DNA of 64,000 nucleotides from Chloroflexota bacterium (GTDB lineage: Bacteria; Chloroflexota; Anaerolineae; UBA4142), in the NCBI GenBank assembly GCA_037440365.1, contig JBBIUF010000003.1:28910-92909 (forward strand), written 5' to 3'. The translations under genes and the position numbers were made by a program. Numbering within the stretch: position 1 is the first letter of the stretch; each line of letters begins with the position of its first letter. The notes below the pieces were generated by a model. It was not told the DNA's origin. It did not search any database and worked only from the letters and a program-made list of their open reading frames with translations. This document shows, piece by piece, positions 8,128 to 17,112 of this stretch.

Positions 8128-9039
8128 TCAAGTGTCTGGATTATTTTGCCAAGTCCGCCGCGCCTGGGTTAGTTTTTCATAGAGCATTTCAACTTCAGGC
8201 AGTGTGCCTCGAAAAGGGCCTTCAGTTTCCAATTTCAAACTCGTGACCGCCGCCGCCCAAGTAACCGCTTCGGCTGGGGGACTTGTCAAGCGCTTGGAAA
8301 GAAAAGCCGCAGTACACGTGTCGCCGCGGCCACTGCGGCCCTTGAGCGCGCGCGGGACGAGTGGCACTGTTTCAATGATGCCATCATGGTGGAGCAGGAC
8401 TTGCTCGCTCTGCGTCATCAAAATTTCACGCGGCCCCCATTGGGCAAGTTGGCGCAAGGCGGCATACGGATTCGATTCGCCAGTCAATCCTGTGGCTTCG
8501 ACCAGATCAGTCTTGAGCACGGTAACATATTGCAAGACCTCTTCCTTGTCCGGCCAATCGCCAAAGGTGAGTTTGCCATCTTTGGCAACGCGGATGTAAC
8601 CTTGCACATCCAGTGCGATCAGCGCGCCTTTCGCGGCAAGCGCCGCCACAACTTTTGTTGGAACTTCGCCACGCACCGATGCGCCGATGATAAACGCCTG
8701 CGCATTCACTTGCGCCACTTCGCTCACTGTGAAAGGACCTGCCGACGAAGTGATCTCAATGGTCCGCTGGTCCAAATTGGTGGTTGGGTAGCTCAAGCGC
8801 AAGCACGTCGAGGCAGGTGTGGCGTGCGCAAAAACCTGAACGCCTAATTGCTCCAACTCACGCACCACATGCCAGTCCTGTTGTGCCAAACGTGTGATCA
8901 CGCCTGCTCGCAAGCCCATCCGCGCAATAACGTTACAGCCATAATAAAACGCGCCGCCATCCACCGTGCGCGTTGCCTCCGGATAAATAATCGTGTCCTG
9001 GGTATAATGCCCAATATAGGCAATATCAAGTCTAGTCAT
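8128..9039 (-). CDS. PfkB-family carbohydrate kinase
   Basis: 303 aa. N-terminal DIAYIGH..QD and C-terminal GRGDTCTAAFL match the PfkB signature 2 region. Confidence 0.85.
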   Translation of the reverse strand: MTRLDIAYIGHYTQDTIIYPEATRTVDGGAFYYGCNVIARMGLRAGVITRLAQQDWHVVRELEQLGVQVFAHATPASTCLRLSYPTTNLDQRTIEITSSAGPFTVSEVAQVNAQAFIIGASVRGEVPTKVVAALAAKGALIALDVQGYIRVAKDGKLTFGDWPDKEEVLQYVTVLKTDLVEATGLTGESNPYAALRQLAQWGPREILMTQSEQVLLHHDGIIETVPLVPRALKGRSGRGDTCTAAFLSKRLTSPPAEAVTWAAAVTSLKLETEGPFRGTLPEVEMLYEKLTQARRTWQNNPDT

Positions 9040-9237
9040 AGTGTCTCACGTGACCTTGACAACAACATCGCAAATGATGTTTGCGGCTTTATCGCCCCAA
9101 TCGGCGGCGTTAGCAAGTGCCGCGCGATCTAAACCTCGCACTCGGTAATCCATCTCGTCCCGTCAGCGCCATCTCCAGATCTGCGCAAACAAGGTGCATT
9201 GCAACAAGGCAAAAGAAACTGGGCTGGTTACACAAGT

Positions 9238-10320
9238 TCATTCTTCTGCAATCAAATGACAGCGTTCCATTGGCAGATGCAAGCGGATCGCGTCGCCCGC
9301 CGCGTATCGGTGAAACGTATCGGCTTGCACGCGCAATTCCATGCCGGCTTCCAATTGCACCCGATAATCTACGATGTTCCCCAGGTACGTCGCGTGTTTG
9401 ACCACGCCCAGCAATAGATTCTTTTCCGTTTGTTTGTCTGCCAGCGCAATATCATACGGGCGAATATGAAGCAGAATAGATTGTCCCACCGCTAGCCGCG
9501 TTGGTGGCGTTGGCACGGTGAATACCTGGTTTGCCGCAGAAACTTGCGCCAAGTGAGCATCAAACGATTCCACGCGCGCGGGAATGAAATCGGACAAGCC
9601 GATGAAATCCGCGACAAAGCGTGATCGCGGGTGCTCGTAGATTTCTTCCGGCGAGCCGAGTTGCGCTAGCTTGCCCTTGTGCATAATCGCGATCTGATCG
9701 GACATGACGAGCGCTTCTTCCTGCGCGTGCGTCACATAAATCGCCGTGATGCCCAAACGCTTTTGCAGATCGCGAATTTCAAAACGCATCTCTTCGCGCA
9801 GTTTGGCGTCCAGGTTGGACAGCGGCTCGTCAAACAACAGCACTTTGGGTTCGATGACGAGCGCACGCGCGAGCGCAACGCGCTGTTGCTGTCCACCCGA
9901 CAGTTGGTTCGGCGCGCGATCTTCCAACCCAGTCAACTGGGTCAGCTTGGTCACTTCGGCTACGCGTCGCTTGATTTCTGCGGTTGAGAGTTTTTTGATC
10001 TTGAGACCATAGGCGATATTTTCAAATACATTGAGGTGCGGAAAGATGGCGTAACTCTGAAACACCATCGCCATATCCCGACGGTTGGGCGGGACATTTT
10101 CCAATTGGTGTGCGTCTAACACAATATGCCCGTCCGTGGGAAATTCAAAACCGGCAATCAGGCGCAACGTTGTCGTTTTGCCGCAACCCGATGGTCCGAG
10201 CAAGGTCACGAATTGGCCTTTTTCAATGTTGAGCGATACATCGTCTACCGCAATCACTTCGCCAATTTGCTTTCCGCGCGCGGGAAATTTTTTCGTCAGA
10301 TGATCGAGTGTGAGATACAT
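9238..10320 (-). CDS. ABC importer ATP-binding protein (FbpC/PotA/AfuC type)
   Basis: Start set at ATG 10320 (MYLTLDHLTKKF). Walker A GPSGCGKTT, signature LSGGQQQRVALARAL, Walker B LLFDEPLS. C-terminal TOBE-like domain. Confidence 0.9.
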   Translation of the reverse strand: MYLTLDHLTKKFPARGKQIGEVIAVDDVSLNIEKGQFVTLLGPSGCGKTTTLRLIAGFEFPTDGHIVLDAHQLENVPPNRRDMAMVFQSYAIFPHLNVFENIAYGLKIKKLSTAEIKRRVAEVTKLTQLTGLEDRAPNQLSGGQQQRVALARALVIEPKVLLFDEPLSNLDAKLREEMRFEIRDLQKRLGITAIYVTHAQEEALVMSDQIAIMHKGKLAQLGSPEEIYEHPRSRFVADFIGLSDFIPARVESFDAHLAQVSAANQVFTVPTPPTRLAVGQSILLHIRPYDIALADKQTEKNLLLGVVKHATYLGNIVDYRVQLEAGMELRVQADTFHRYAAGDAIRLHLPMERCHLIAEE

Positions 10321-10339
10321 GAATTCAACTCCGTTGGGA

Positions 10340-12691
10340 TTATCCAGCGCCCAGCGACAATTCGACGCCTTCGCCGCGGAATGCGCGCCCCACAATGGCA
10401 TACATTAAACCAATCGCCACCAGCACGATCAAAATCAGCACAAACGAATACGCGGCGGCAACGCTCGTGCCACCTTGTTCCACTTCGCTCATGATCAGCG
10501 CGGTCAAGATGGGCCATTTCGCCGAAGAAAGAAAAATGATCGCGGAAAGCGAGGTCATGTGCCGCGCAAAACTAAAGACCAGTCCGGCGATGAACGCGGG
10601 CAGAATCAGTGGTAGCGTGACCTGGCGAAAAGTTAGCGATGCATCAGCTCCCAGGTTCGTAGACGCTTCTTCGATTGCGGGATCAATTTGTTGCAGAGAG
10701 GCCATCCCCGCGCGCACGGACGCGGGCAAACTCCGCACCGCGTAGGCGGCAAGAATGATGTAGGGTGAACCAACCAGGGCAAGCGGCGTGCCCCAAAATG
10801 TGATCGCGCACGTGACCGCCACCAGTGCGACGGTGACTGGCCCCCGCGCGCGCGGCACAAAATGTCCCACCACATACGCGCCCAGCACCGTATACGTGAA
10901 ACCCAGGATCGCGGTCGGCGGCTGAAAGAGCAAATTGATCCATTTGGCAAGACTCGCCGCAAAGCGGGGAAGGAAATCGCCGCCCATGCCGCGGCCCCAA
11001 ATCGTAATTTGCACTGTGACCTCGGCGATGAATTCGCGTGACACCAGGTACGCCGCCATCAACACCAGCAAGACCACAAGCGCGCGCCGTGCTTTGCGAT
11101 CCGCCAACACCAGGCTCGCCGCGGCAATGATGAGCAAGACCGCCGCCAGCACAAACAACCAGGTTTTGTTATCCAGCGTCGGTAGAGTGGCAAACGGTTT
11201 GAGGAATTCGTTTGCCCAAAGCGGCTGGCGTGCTTTGGCATCCAGGTTCAGTATCAGCGCGCCCGCGCCCAAGCCCACACCGAGCGTCAGCGTCACTAGG
11301 CGCATGATCAAATTCTGCGTGCTGGGCGCGATTAGGTAGTACGCCAGCATGGCAAAAATCAGGACGACGACGATCAGGGGTGCTTGAATGAACGCGATGA
11401 TATAGCCAATCCCCAGGATCGTGCCAGGCACCGCGCCACCCAGGTTTGACGCAAAGTCAAGCGCTTCTTTGCCGCTAAAGGTTTTGCGGACTACGAGGTA
11501 TGCGATCACCATGCCCGCTAGTCCCGCAATCGGCGTTGCCAGTGCAGACAGGAATGTCGTGTCCAGAATCGCGGTCAAGCCCGCCGAGAACATGCGCCCA
11601 TAGTGGGAAAAATCAAGCGTGTAATCAACGCCCCAGAGTTTAGTGATCGAACCGAGAAAAATTGCCGAATAAAGCGCCAGGATCAAAACCAGGGTCAATC
11701 CCGTCAGCGTGATAAATGTCCACCGAATCAACGGTTCTTTGACAAAACCTGTGCCACCGCCGGTCGGCTTGCCGGTTACGGAAATGTACGATTTGCGCGC
11801 AACCCAGTAGCGTTGCAGGAGGTACACCGCCAGCGTCGGGAGAAGCAGAATCAGCGAGAGCGCCGCGCCTTTTTGCTGGTTGTACTCGCCCACGATCGCG
11901 ATCCAAATTTGGGTTGAGAGAACAGTTACGTTGCCGCCAATAAAAACCGGGTTGCCCAGGTCGGCAAGCGACTCGACAAACATCAACAAGAACGAAGCGG
12001 CGATGCCCGGTGTCAACAAGGGTAGCGTGATTGTCCGAAAGATATGCCATTTGCTCGCGCCTAGACTCAGCGCGGCTTCTTCCATTGACGGGTCAATGCG
12101 TTCAAGCATTCCGCGAATAATGAGATAAGCCACCGAAAAGAACGTAATGATTTGAACAAAGACCAAACCGTTCATGCCATAAATGCCCGTGTCGCCCGCT
12201 TTGAACTCCATGTGCAAAATATCTTTGGTGACGAGACCCGAACGACCAAAGAGTAAAATCGCGGCGATGGCAATGGCAAACGGGGGCGAGATCGTCGGCA
12301 GGAGGGTGAGCGCGTGGACGAGACGTTTGAACGGAATGTTGCATCGGACTAGGGTATACGCAAACAGGAATCCGAGCGCAGTGCTTCCAATCGCGGACAA
12401 GACGCCCATGGTGAGCGTGTCGCGAAATATCGTCCAATACTGCAAGGCATACTGGGGATTGAGGTAACGCCCAAATTGATCGAGGTTGAACGCGCCCGCG
12501 CGGGGTTGGCCGTCCGGCAAAAAGAACCCTTGCACGATCACCCGCGCCAGGGGCCACAGGACAAACGCGAACATGAACGCGCCAGTGATGATCAATCCGA
12601 TAAGGAGTACGGGGTCTTGGGCAATCAAACGTAATTCGCGGTAACGTCTGACCAGGGAATCAAACCGTGAGGAACGCGTGGCAACTGTCAT
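10340..12691 (-). CDS. Fused two-domain ABC importer permease (FbpB/AfuB type), unusually long (783 aa)
   Basis: Two EAA-loop regions (MEEAALSLGASKW..TLPLL and IEEASTNLGADAS..TLPLI). Many TM helices. Extra hydrophobic insert in the second half. Confidence 0.85.
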   Translation of the reverse strand: MTVATRSSRFDSLVRRYRELRLIAQDPVLLIGLIITGAFMFAFVLWPLARVIVQGFFLPDGQPRAGAFNLDQFGRYLNPQYALQYWTIFRDTLTMGVLSAIGSTALGFLFAYTLVRCNIPFKRLVHALTLLPTISPPFAIAIAAILLFGRSGLVTKDILHMEFKAGDTGIYGMNGLVFVQIITFFSVAYLIIRGMLERIDPSMEEAALSLGASKWHIFRTITLPLLTPGIAASFLLMFVESLADLGNPVFIGGNVTVLSTQIWIAIVGEYNQQKGAALSLILLLPTLAVYLLQRYWVARKSYISVTGKPTGGGTGFVKEPLIRWTFITLTGLTLVLILALYSAIFLGSITKLWGVDYTLDFSHYGRMFSAGLTAILDTTFLSALATPIAGLAGMVIAYLVVRKTFSGKEALDFASNLGGAVPGTILGIGYIIAFIQAPLIVVVLIFAMLAYYLIAPSTQNLIMRLVTLTLGVGLGAGALILNLDAKARQPLWANEFLKPFATLPTLDNKTWLFVLAAVLLIIAAASLVLADRKARRALVVLLVLMAAYLVSREFIAEVTVQITIWGRGMGGDFLPRFAASLAKWINLLFQPPTAILGFTYTVLGAYVVGHFVPRARGPVTVALVAVTCAITFWGTPLALVGSPYIILAAYAVRSLPASVRAGMASLQQIDPAIEEASTNLGADASLTFRQVTLPLILPAFIAGLVFSFARHMTSLSAIIFLSSAKWPILTALIMSEVEQGGTSVAAAYSFVLILIVLVAIGLMYAIVGRAFRGEGVELSLGAG

Positions 12692-12716
12692 AGTTAATCC
12701 ATCGTGTCGGGAGATG

Positions 12717-12744
12717 CGTAGGGGCGGGTCACCTCGCCCCTACG
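12717..12744. other. Intercistronic GC-rich hairpin between the SBP and permease genes
   Basis: CGTAGGGGCG-8 nt-CGCCCCTACG, a perfect 10-bp stem, located in the 62-nt gap between the stop at 12754 and the start at 12691. Confidence 0.6.
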
Positions 12745-12753
12745 CGGACGTTT

Positions 12754-13944
12754 TTATTTCGCGAGTGAAGCGGCGGCGATTTCGTTCGAGAATTTGTCGA
12801 TGAACGCCGTTTTGTTGTTACCGCAATAGTCAAAGTTATAGTTAATCAACTTGACTTGGAGCAGTTCGGGTTTGGGCGGAACAGCCCCCTTGATTGTCAA
12901 ACCCTGATACGCATGATATTTCTTGCCCAGTTCCTGCGTGCTGGCTTCGAGCGCCCAATCGTACCACGCTTTCGCGTTGTCAGGATTCTTCGCGCCCTTG
13001 ATGATCGCCATGCCGCCGATTTCATAGCCCGTGCCTTCGGCGGGGAAACTCAATTGCAATGGCATGCCCTGGTCTTGGATGCCCGTCACAATGTCATGCG
13101 AAAAGACGACGCCGACCGCGGCTTCGCCTTTACCGACGGTCTGCACGGGGGTCGCGCCGCTCTTGGTCCAGAGCAAAACGTTCTGCGCGAATTTCTTCAT
13201 GTAATCCCAGCCGGCGGTCTCGCCTTTGATCTGGAGGACGGTGCACATGAAGGTGTAGGACGTGCCGGAAGTTGCCGGGTGAGCGATGACGATCTGCCCT
13301 TTCATTTCCGGTTTGATCAAATCGTCGAATGAAGTCGGCGCTTTGATGGCGGTTTGCTTGGTGTTTGTTGCGAAACCGAGCGAACCGACGTAAATGCCAG
13401 TCCATGACGGAATTGGATCGGTGTCCAGCATCAATTTGGGATCGATGATGTTGGCTTGTTGGGCATCCTTGTACGGCTCGAGCAAGCCTTCTTTTTTCGC
13501 GGCGATTTGCGAATCAATGGGGCCACCCCACCAAATATCGAACTGGGGATTGGCTTTTTCATTGCGGAGACGAGTCACGGCTTCACCCGCGGACAAGCGG
13601 ATGTAGTTGACTGTCACGCCGGGGTACTTGGTCTCGAACTCTTTTTTCATGCCCGCGCACCATTCTTCTTGCGGCGTGCACAGGACATTGAGTTCACCCT
13701 TGACCACGCGCGGTGCAGTGGTTGGCGCAACCGTTGGCGGGACAGCCGTTGCCGCAACGGTAGGTGGCACAGTGGTCGCGGCTACGGTGGGCTTGGACGC
13801 ATCCGTTGGTTTCGGCGCGGCAGTCGGGGGGACAGCCGTTGGTGGCACTGTCGTTGGCGCAGGCGTCGGCGCGGGCGCGCACGCGGCAAGCGCAATCAGG
13901 ACGAGGGCGATCACAACAAACAACACGGTCTTGCGGGAAAACAT
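12754..13944 (-). CDS. ABC transporter substrate-binding lipoprotein (FbpA/AfuA, family-1 solute-binding type) with Pro/Thr-rich linker
   Basis: Start set at ATG 13944 (AAGGAG RBS). Signal plus lipobox LAAC. 56-aa P/T/A/V linker. Then NVLCT..EEW...YIRLSAGE...FDIWWGG, typical of the Fe3+/Afu-type SBP fold. Confidence 0.85.
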   Translation of the reverse strand: MFSRKTVLFVVIALVLIALAACAPAPTPAPTTVPPTAVPPTAAPKPTDASKPTVAATTVPPTVAATAVPPTVAPTTAPRVVKGELNVLCTPQEEWCAGMKKEFETKYPGVTVNYIRLSAGEAVTRLRNEKANPQFDIWWGGPIDSQIAAKKEGLLEPYKDAQQANIIDPKLMLDTDPIPSWTGIYVGSLGFATNTKQTAIKAPTSFDDLIKPEMKGQIVIAHPATSGTSYTFMCTVLQIKGETAGWDYMKKFAQNVLLWTKSGATPVQTVGKGEAAVGVVFSHDIVTGIQDQGMPLQLSFPAEGTGYEIGGMAIIKGAKNPDNAKAWYDWALEASTQELGKKYHAYQGLTIKGAVPPKPELLQVKLINYNFDYCGNNKTAFIDKFSNEIAAASLAK

Positions 13945-14035
13945 CCTTGTCTCCTTTTCGATCAGAATTGGGTATTCGTGCAAGTTGCATAAATCATAAC
14001 ACAACTTGGTAGATAGCACAATTTTTTTCGTTTGA

Positions 14036-14917
14036 TCATTGTTGCCGCATGACGTGTTCAACATCGGTCAGCGTGCCAGCCCACGGTCCGGGATTTTCTT
14101 GCTTCAAGGTTGTGACGACCGCGGCAAACCGACAGGCTTGATCGGGGGAGGTGCTCAAACGTCGTCCGAGGTACGAAGCAAAGCATGTGTCGCCGCGCCC
14201 TGTGCGACCGGCGAGTGAACGCGGCGTGAAGGGCGCTTGATGAATCTGTCCATCTGCAAATACGGTGACACCGGAAGATTGAGTTAAAATAATTTCGCGC
14301 GGACCATACGCATTCAATTTGCGCGCCGCGCTGGACAGATCGGTTTCACCGGTGAGCAATTCCGCTTCAGCGCGATCGACTTTCAAATAGGTAACGTGCT
14401 TGAGACCTTCTGCCATTTCCCGCCACGGACGAGAGACTAGGTCGTTGCCTTTGCGCATGCGAACAAATCCTTGCGCGTCCAGCGCAACTGGTCCACGCGC
14501 GGCAAGGTTTTGGAGAAACTCCAGGTTGAATTCGCCAGCGATGATCGGCGTGGTCGCATAGATGCGGGCGGTTACATTGGGAATATCTTTGATTTGCATT
14601 GCGCCGGCAAAGCCCAAGAGCCTGCACGTGCGACGTTCCATGTCCGTCGAGTGGTACGTGTTTTCGATGCCGGAGGTTTCCGGCGCGGGTTGGGCAAAAA
14701 CATCAATGCCTGCGTGTTTCAATTCGGCAAGCCGAAAAAAATCGTCGGGGTGGAGGCGTGTGACAATCGCAACGGAAAGACCCAGTCGCCGCGCGACGGC
14801 ACTGCCGAAATACACTGCGCCGCCCGAAGCGATCGCGCCGTGACCATCCACGACGTTATAATCTTTTGCAAAATGTCCGAACATGACGATGTCGTAATTT
14901 GTTTGCGTTAATTCCAA
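14036..14917 (-). CDS. PfkB-family carbohydrate kinase (second copy)
   Basis: 293 aa. TTG start keeps the conserved N-terminal strand YDIVMFGHF. C-terminal GRGDTCFASYL motif. 10-nt overlap with the upstream gene. Confidence 0.8.
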   Translation of the reverse strand: MELTQTNYDIVMFGHFAKDYNVVDGHGAIASGGAVYFGSAVARRLGLSVAIVTRLHPDDFFRLAELKHAGIDVFAQPAPETSGIENTYHSTDMERRTCRLLGFAGAMQIKDIPNVTARIYATTPIIAGEFNLEFLQNLAARGPVALDAQGFVRMRKGNDLVSRPWREMAEGLKHVTYLKVDRAEAELLTGETDLSSAARKLNAYGPREIILTQSSGVTVFADGQIHQAPFTPRSLAGRTGRGDTCFASYLGRRLSTSPDQACRFAAVVTTLKQENPGPWAGTLTDVEHVMRQQ

Positions 14918-15771
14918 AAGGTTTCTCCAAAGACAGATTGATCACAATTTCCAGGCATTGATATATGGCGCAAATGCTCAATTGCGCGTTGCGCGGCAGT
15001 CGCGGCATCTGGCACTGGCAAAAACTCGCCAGACACAAAGCCGGCATAGCCGCTAGCAACGAGTGAATTCATGATCGAACGAAAATCAAGATGCCCTGCG
15101 CCCGGTGACCAACGATTCGAGTCGGCGACGTGAAAATGAAAGATGCGGCGACCGGTTTGTTGAATGCTCGCTTCGATTGCGCGCTCTTCAATGTTCATGT
15201 GAAATGTATCCAGCAAGAGACCAAAATTATCCAGCCCCACGCGCTCGATCAAATCCAAGCCCTGGGTGGCGTTGTTGATCAGAGTCGTTTCGTAACGATT
15301 GATCGGCTCGAGCGCAAGCCGGACGCTCGAACCAGCCGCGAAGGCGCTACACTCGCGTAACGCTTCGACGAGCCAGATCATGGCTTGCGCATGATCGATC
15401 CCTGGCTTGACGATGCCGCGCACCAAGCCGATGATGATCACCGCGTCGAACCGGGACGCCGCAGGCACATGGCTTTTGATGCGCTCGATTGCCGCGCGTC
15501 GAATTGTCGGATCGGGATCGGTGAACGAGAGTCCTTCTTCGCCCCACGCTTGCCCTGTGCCAATCGCCGGCACGGACAAATGATGGCGGCGCACCAGGTG
15601 TGCGAGTTCGTCCAAATTGATGAGCTTGGGATCGCGGATTGCAAATTCAACGCCATCGTAACCGAGTGCGGCAATCTGTGCTAGGTTCGTTGCCAGATCG
15701 CCTTTGAACGTTGCCGCCTGAAACTTGGCGGGTTGAGTTGAAAGCACAATAGAGCATTTCATTATTTTCAC
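14908..15771 (-). CDS. Sugar phosphate isomerase/epimerase (xylose isomerase-like TIM barrel)
   Basis: 287 aa. Pattern GYDGVEF...LEPINRYET...DTFHMNIEE...HFHVADSNR is typical of AP-endonuclease-2/xylose-isomerase-like TIM barrels (IolE/IolI-like). Confidence 0.8.
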   Translation of the reverse strand: MKIMKCSIVLSTQPAKFQAATFKGDLATNLAQIAALGYDGVEFAIRDPKLINLDELAHLVRRHHLSVPAIGTGQAWGEEGLSFTDPDPTIRRAAIERIKSHVPAASRFDAVIIIGLVRGIVKPGIDHAQAMIWLVEALRECSAFAAGSSVRLALEPINRYETTLINNATQGLDLIERVGLDNFGLLLDTFHMNIEERAIEASIQQTGRRIFHFHVADSNRWSPGAGHLDFRSIMNSLVASGYAGFVSGEFLPVPDAATAAQRAIEHLRHISMPGNCDQSVFGETFWN

Positions 15772-15834
15772 AACGGATCAGAGCCAGCCGATTGCTCAAC
15801 CTGGTAGTTGACGATCGGCTGGCGTCCGCCAAGT

Positions 15835-17031
15835 TTAGGATGCCACGTACGTAATCTTACATTCACTCCGGTCGGTTTGCAGTTGGACAATGTTAGTCGG
15901 CAGTTCTTCCAAGCGGATTTTCTTGGTGCTGATGCGTGTCATATCCATGCCATCCGCCATGCACTCGATCACGCGCGGAAAGTTGCCGTGTCCTGAATGT
16001 CCCTGTGCGCCGATGATGCTGGCACGCCGCACTTGTAACACTTCGCCGGTGACAGGCATTTTGGCTTCAGCGCGCGCGGTCACCACGACGCGGCTGTTCA
16101 AGGTGCGCCCTTCCCAAATCACGCGCTCAATGCCGGGATAAACTTGGGTCGGCAAGCCGGTGGCTTCCATAAACAGATCCGCGCCCATGCCTGCAGTGAG
16201 TTCCAACACGCGCTCCGCGAAATCTTCCTTGAGCGGATTGATGGCATAGTCCGCGCCCACCTTCAAAGCGAGATCGGTGCGCTCCGCTTGCGGCTCGGAA
16301 ATGATCACCTGGGATGCTCCCGCGCGTTTGAGGATCGCACACGCGGCAATGCCAACGGGGCCACCGCCCAAAATGACCACGCGATCGCCAGGGCGAATGC
16401 CGCCGCCACGTTCGATCACCGCGTTATACGCCACACAGGTTGGCTCGATCAAACTACCGGCAATAAAAATGTCGTCGCCGTGATAGCGTCGTGCCATTGG
16501 CTCCAAACTCCAGATCGTGCGCGCGGGCAGAACCATGTATTGGGCATACGCGCCGTTCACGTTAAAACCCACTTCGTCCAAACGTTCGCAGTGGTTGGGT
16601 TGCCCATCCGCGCATGGACGGCAACTGGCGCACCACAACATTTCTTCCGAGGTCACGCGCTCGCCACCCTTGAATGGTTTGTTTGTGCGTTTGTCGAATG
16701 CCTTCTTGCCGGCTTGAACCACGACGCCGGAAAATTCATGGCCGAGAATACTGGGAAAGCCAGTCAGACCTGGATAGAGAATATAGCCATCCTTGTCCGC
16801 TTGTGACATATGCACATCTGAGCCGCAGATGCCGCAGGCTTTAACCTCAAGCAACACTTCGTCGGGACCGGGTGTGGGAATAGCATACTCGCGAATTTCG
16901 AGACGTGGGTTACGCCACACTTGACTGCCCGAATACGTTTGATGCCCTTGGATATCTTTTGCGCCCAACTTGAATCCGGGTTTGGGCGACCAATCGGCGA
17001 CCAGGGTCACACCTGCCATTTTGCCGCTCAT
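15835..17031 (-). CDS. Zinc-dependent medium-chain dehydrogenase (sorbitol/polyol dehydrogenase-like)
   Basis: 398 aa. ACGICGSDVH and GHEFSGVV zinc-ligand motifs. GGGPVG Rossmann motif. AAGGAG RBS. Confidence 0.85.
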   Translation of the reverse strand: MSGKMAGVTLVADWSPKPGFKLGAKDIQGHQTYSGSQVWRNPRLEIREYAIPTPGPDEVLLEVKACGICGSDVHMSQADKDGYILYPGLTGFPSILGHEFSGVVVQAGKKAFDKRTNKPFKGGERVTSEEMLWCASCRPCADGQPNHCERLDEVGFNVNGAYAQYMVLPARTIWSLEPMARRYHGDDIFIAGSLIEPTCVAYNAVIERGGGIRPGDRVVILGGGPVGIAACAILKRAGASQVIISEPQAERTDLALKVGADYAINPLKEDFAERVLELTAGMGADLFMEATGLPTQVYPGIERVIWEGRTLNSRVVVTARAEAKMPVTGEVLQVRRASIIGAQGHSGHGNFPRVIECMADGMDMTRISTKKIRLEELPTNIVQLQTDRSECKITYVAS

Positions 17032-17112
17032 TGTCGTACTCCTTGGATTATCATTTTTTGGATCGAGGGAAACATTACGAGTCGCGCTAGAAAATGTTTT
17101 GTCATTACAAAC

